From NCBI GenBank assembly GCA_944358795.1, contig CALVRW010000042.1:1-52746 (forward strand): a stretch of DNA of 52,746 nucleotides, in the 5' to 3' direction. This document shows positions 50,959 to 52,746 of the stretch, one piece after another. The DNA is from an uncultured Bacilli bacterium (GTDB lineage: Bacteria > Bacillota_I > Bacilli_A > RF39 > UBA660). The notes under the pieces are model-generated. The model saw only the letters and a program-made list of their open reading frames with translations. It did not search any database and was not told where the DNA came from. Position 1 is the stretch's first letter. The number at the start of each line of letters is the position of its first letter. The translations under genes were made by a program, and so were the position numbers.

Positions 50959-52350
50959 TTAAAACTCACAATTTCCTGGTGTTCTTGGGAATGGAATCAC
51001 ATCTCTAATATTTTCAATACCTGTCATATAGATTAATAAGCGTTCAAATCCCATACCAAATCCAGAGTGTTTACATCCTCCAAATTTACGTAGATTTAAG
51101 TACCAATCTAATCCATCTGTTGACATACCCAACTCTTCCATACGAGCAAGCAATACATCAAGGCGTTCTTCTCTTTGACTTCCACCCATTAATTCTCCTG
51201 CTCCCGGTACTAATAAGTCAACAGCGGCAACTGTTTTATTATCTTCATTTTTACGCATATAGAATGCTTTAATGTCTTGAGGCCAATCCGTTACAAATAC
51301 TGGACTATGGAAATATTCACCAGTTAAATATTTTTCATGCTCAGTTGCTAAATCTTCTCCATGTACTGGTTTATTTTCAAATTTGACACCACTATTTAAT
51401 AAGATATCAATTGCTTCTTTATGTGTAATTCTCGCTGCTTTACTTGCAACAACTGCTTTTAATTTATCAATAATTCCTTTTTCTACGAATGAATTAAAGA
51501 ATTCCATTTCCGCTTTACAATGATCTAGTACATATTGAATAACAAATTTTAACATTTCCTCTTCAATATCCATCAACTCGTCTAATTCACAAAAAGCAAT
51601 TTCTGGTTCAATCATCCAGAATTCACTTGCATGAGTTTTGGTATTTGAATTTTCAGCACGGAAAGTTGGTCCAAACGTATATACTTTTTTAAATGCCATC
51701 GCAAATGCTTCTGCTTCTAATTGACCAGTAACGGTAAGTCCTACTTTTTTTCCAAAGAAATCTTTTTTATAATCAATTTCTCCTTCTTCTGTTTTTGGTA
51801 AATTTGTAAGATCAAGTGTTGTTACTTTAAACATTTCTCCTGCACCTTCACCATCGTTAGCAGTAAAAAGTGGCGTGTGAACATATACATAACCATGAGA
51901 TTGGAAATATTCATGAATTGCTCTTGCAGCTACACTACGAACACGGAATACAGCTTGAAATAAGTTTACACGTGGGCGTAAATAACCGATTTCTCTTAAA
52001 AATTCTCTCGTATGACGTTTTGGTTGTACTGGATAATTTTCTGGACTATCTCCTAATAGTTCAATAGAAATTACTTGCACTTCAAATGCTTGCCCTTTTG
52101 CAGGGGAAGAGACTAACTTACCAACAACTTCAATACTTGACCCTACTCTTAATTTTTGAATTTCATCAAAACTAGATAGTTCATTACCATATACTAGTTG
52201 AACAGATTTAAAACATGTTCCGTCATAAAAGTCAATAAATCCAAATTCTTTTTGTTTACGATGATTACGAATCCATCCTTGTAATTTAATCTCTTGATCC
52301 ATATAATCTTCTATTTTTTGATATACTTCAACTACATCTACACTTTTCAT
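50959..52350 (-). CDS. asnS: Asparagine-tRNA ligase
   Basis: LTVTGQL, FRAENSNT..HASEFWMIEPE, GGSQRE, GFGMGFER; start at 52350. Confidence 0.97.
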   Translation of the reverse strand: MKSVDVVEVYQKIEDYMDQEIKLQGWIRNHRKQKEFGFIDFYDGTCFKSVQLVYGNELSSFDEIQKLRVGSSIEVVGKLVSSPAKGQAFEVQVISIELLGDSPENYPVQPKRHTREFLREIGYLRPRVNLFQAVFRVRSVAARAIHEYFQSHGYVYVHTPLFTANDGEGAGEMFKVTTLDLTNLPKTEEGEIDYKKDFFGKKVGLTVTGQLEAEAFAMAFKKVYTFGPTFRAENSNTKTHASEFWMIEPEIAFCELDELMDIEEEMLKFVIQYVLDHCKAEMEFFNSFVEKGIIDKLKAVVASKAARITHKEAIDILLNSGVKFENKPVHGEDLATEHEKYLTGEYFHSPVFVTDWPQDIKAFYMRKNEDNKTVAAVDLLVPGAGELMGGSQREERLDVLLARMEELGMSTDGLDWYLNLRKFGGCKHSGFGMGFERLLIYMTGIENIRDVIPFPRTPGNCEF

Positions 52351-52367
52351 TCTATCCCTCTTTCTAA

Positions 52368-52572
52368 TAAAAAAAGTTACGAAATTAAGGGGCGCTAAAA
52401 GCACGGTACCACCCTTTCGTAACTTTGGTTTCATTGTAACGGTATTTACCGGTCTAAACTACTAATTTCGTAAAGACACTCCGTGGTGTTATTCGAATTT
52501 GCCTTGTGATTGGTTCCCAGCAATCCCAACTCTCTGTACACAGAATCAAATTTTACTTCTCCACATCAACGA
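52368..52572 (-). promoter_or_regulatory. T-box riboswitch (Asn)
   Basis: AGAGA and GCTG stem I motifs, AAC specifier (52488-52490), AAGGGTGGTACCGTG T-box, terminator GTTACGAAA...TTTCGTAAC plus T run. Confidence 0.92.
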
Positions 52573-52689
52573 TTTATATTGTTATTATAGTATAAATTAT
52601 ATTTGCTCGTCAAGAATTTTAAGGCAATCGCTTAAAAAATAATAAAGAAATAGTGTATAATTAAACCGAGGTAGAAAGAGGGTTTAATT

Positions 52690-52746
52690 ATGAACTTATT
52701 TGAAAGATTTGAAGTGTTAGAAGATCCAAGAGACACAAGAGGGAAA
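52690..52746 (+). mobile_element. ISAs1-family transposase, 5' fragment cut by the window end
   Basis: MNLFERFEVLEDPRDTRGK resembles the ISAs1 N-terminal F..L.DPR...GK motif; AAGGCAATCGC at 52621 is a possible left IR. Confidence 0.6.

Noticed and set aside
52351-52434. N-terminal extension of AsnS
   Set aside because: It runs through the T-box antiterminator/terminator; the RBS-supported start is 52350.

Overview
AT-rich chromosomal segment from a low-GC, spore-forming Bacilli-type bacterium. It has Bacillus-like synteny and ger/spm/dacB/gerQ genes; resemblance to uncultured RF39-type gut lineages is inference only. Most of the window is housekeeping: smpB-ssrA, rnr, argS, gltX, asnS with a T-box, clpC, galU, rluB and rlmD. 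The standout is a complete diversity-generating retroelement (DGR) at about 43.5-47.3 kb, sitting between spmB and rluB. Its target is a type IV prepilin-like protein with a C-terminal CLec/FGE-like domain. The 136-bp VR differs from the adjacent TR at 15 positions, all template adenines. Downstream are a 123-aa mini-MutS (mismatch-binding domain joined to a MutS-like C-terminal tail), avd and an RT. Other accessory parts are a serine-recombinase/MobV element at the tmRNA 3' end (1-6.1 kb), a decayed islet after rlmD, and the start of an ISAs1-like transposase at the right edge. The supplied ORF track gives the wrong strand for the PBP gene at 19245-21218; it is on the + strand. All calls come from reading motifs by eye; no searches were run.
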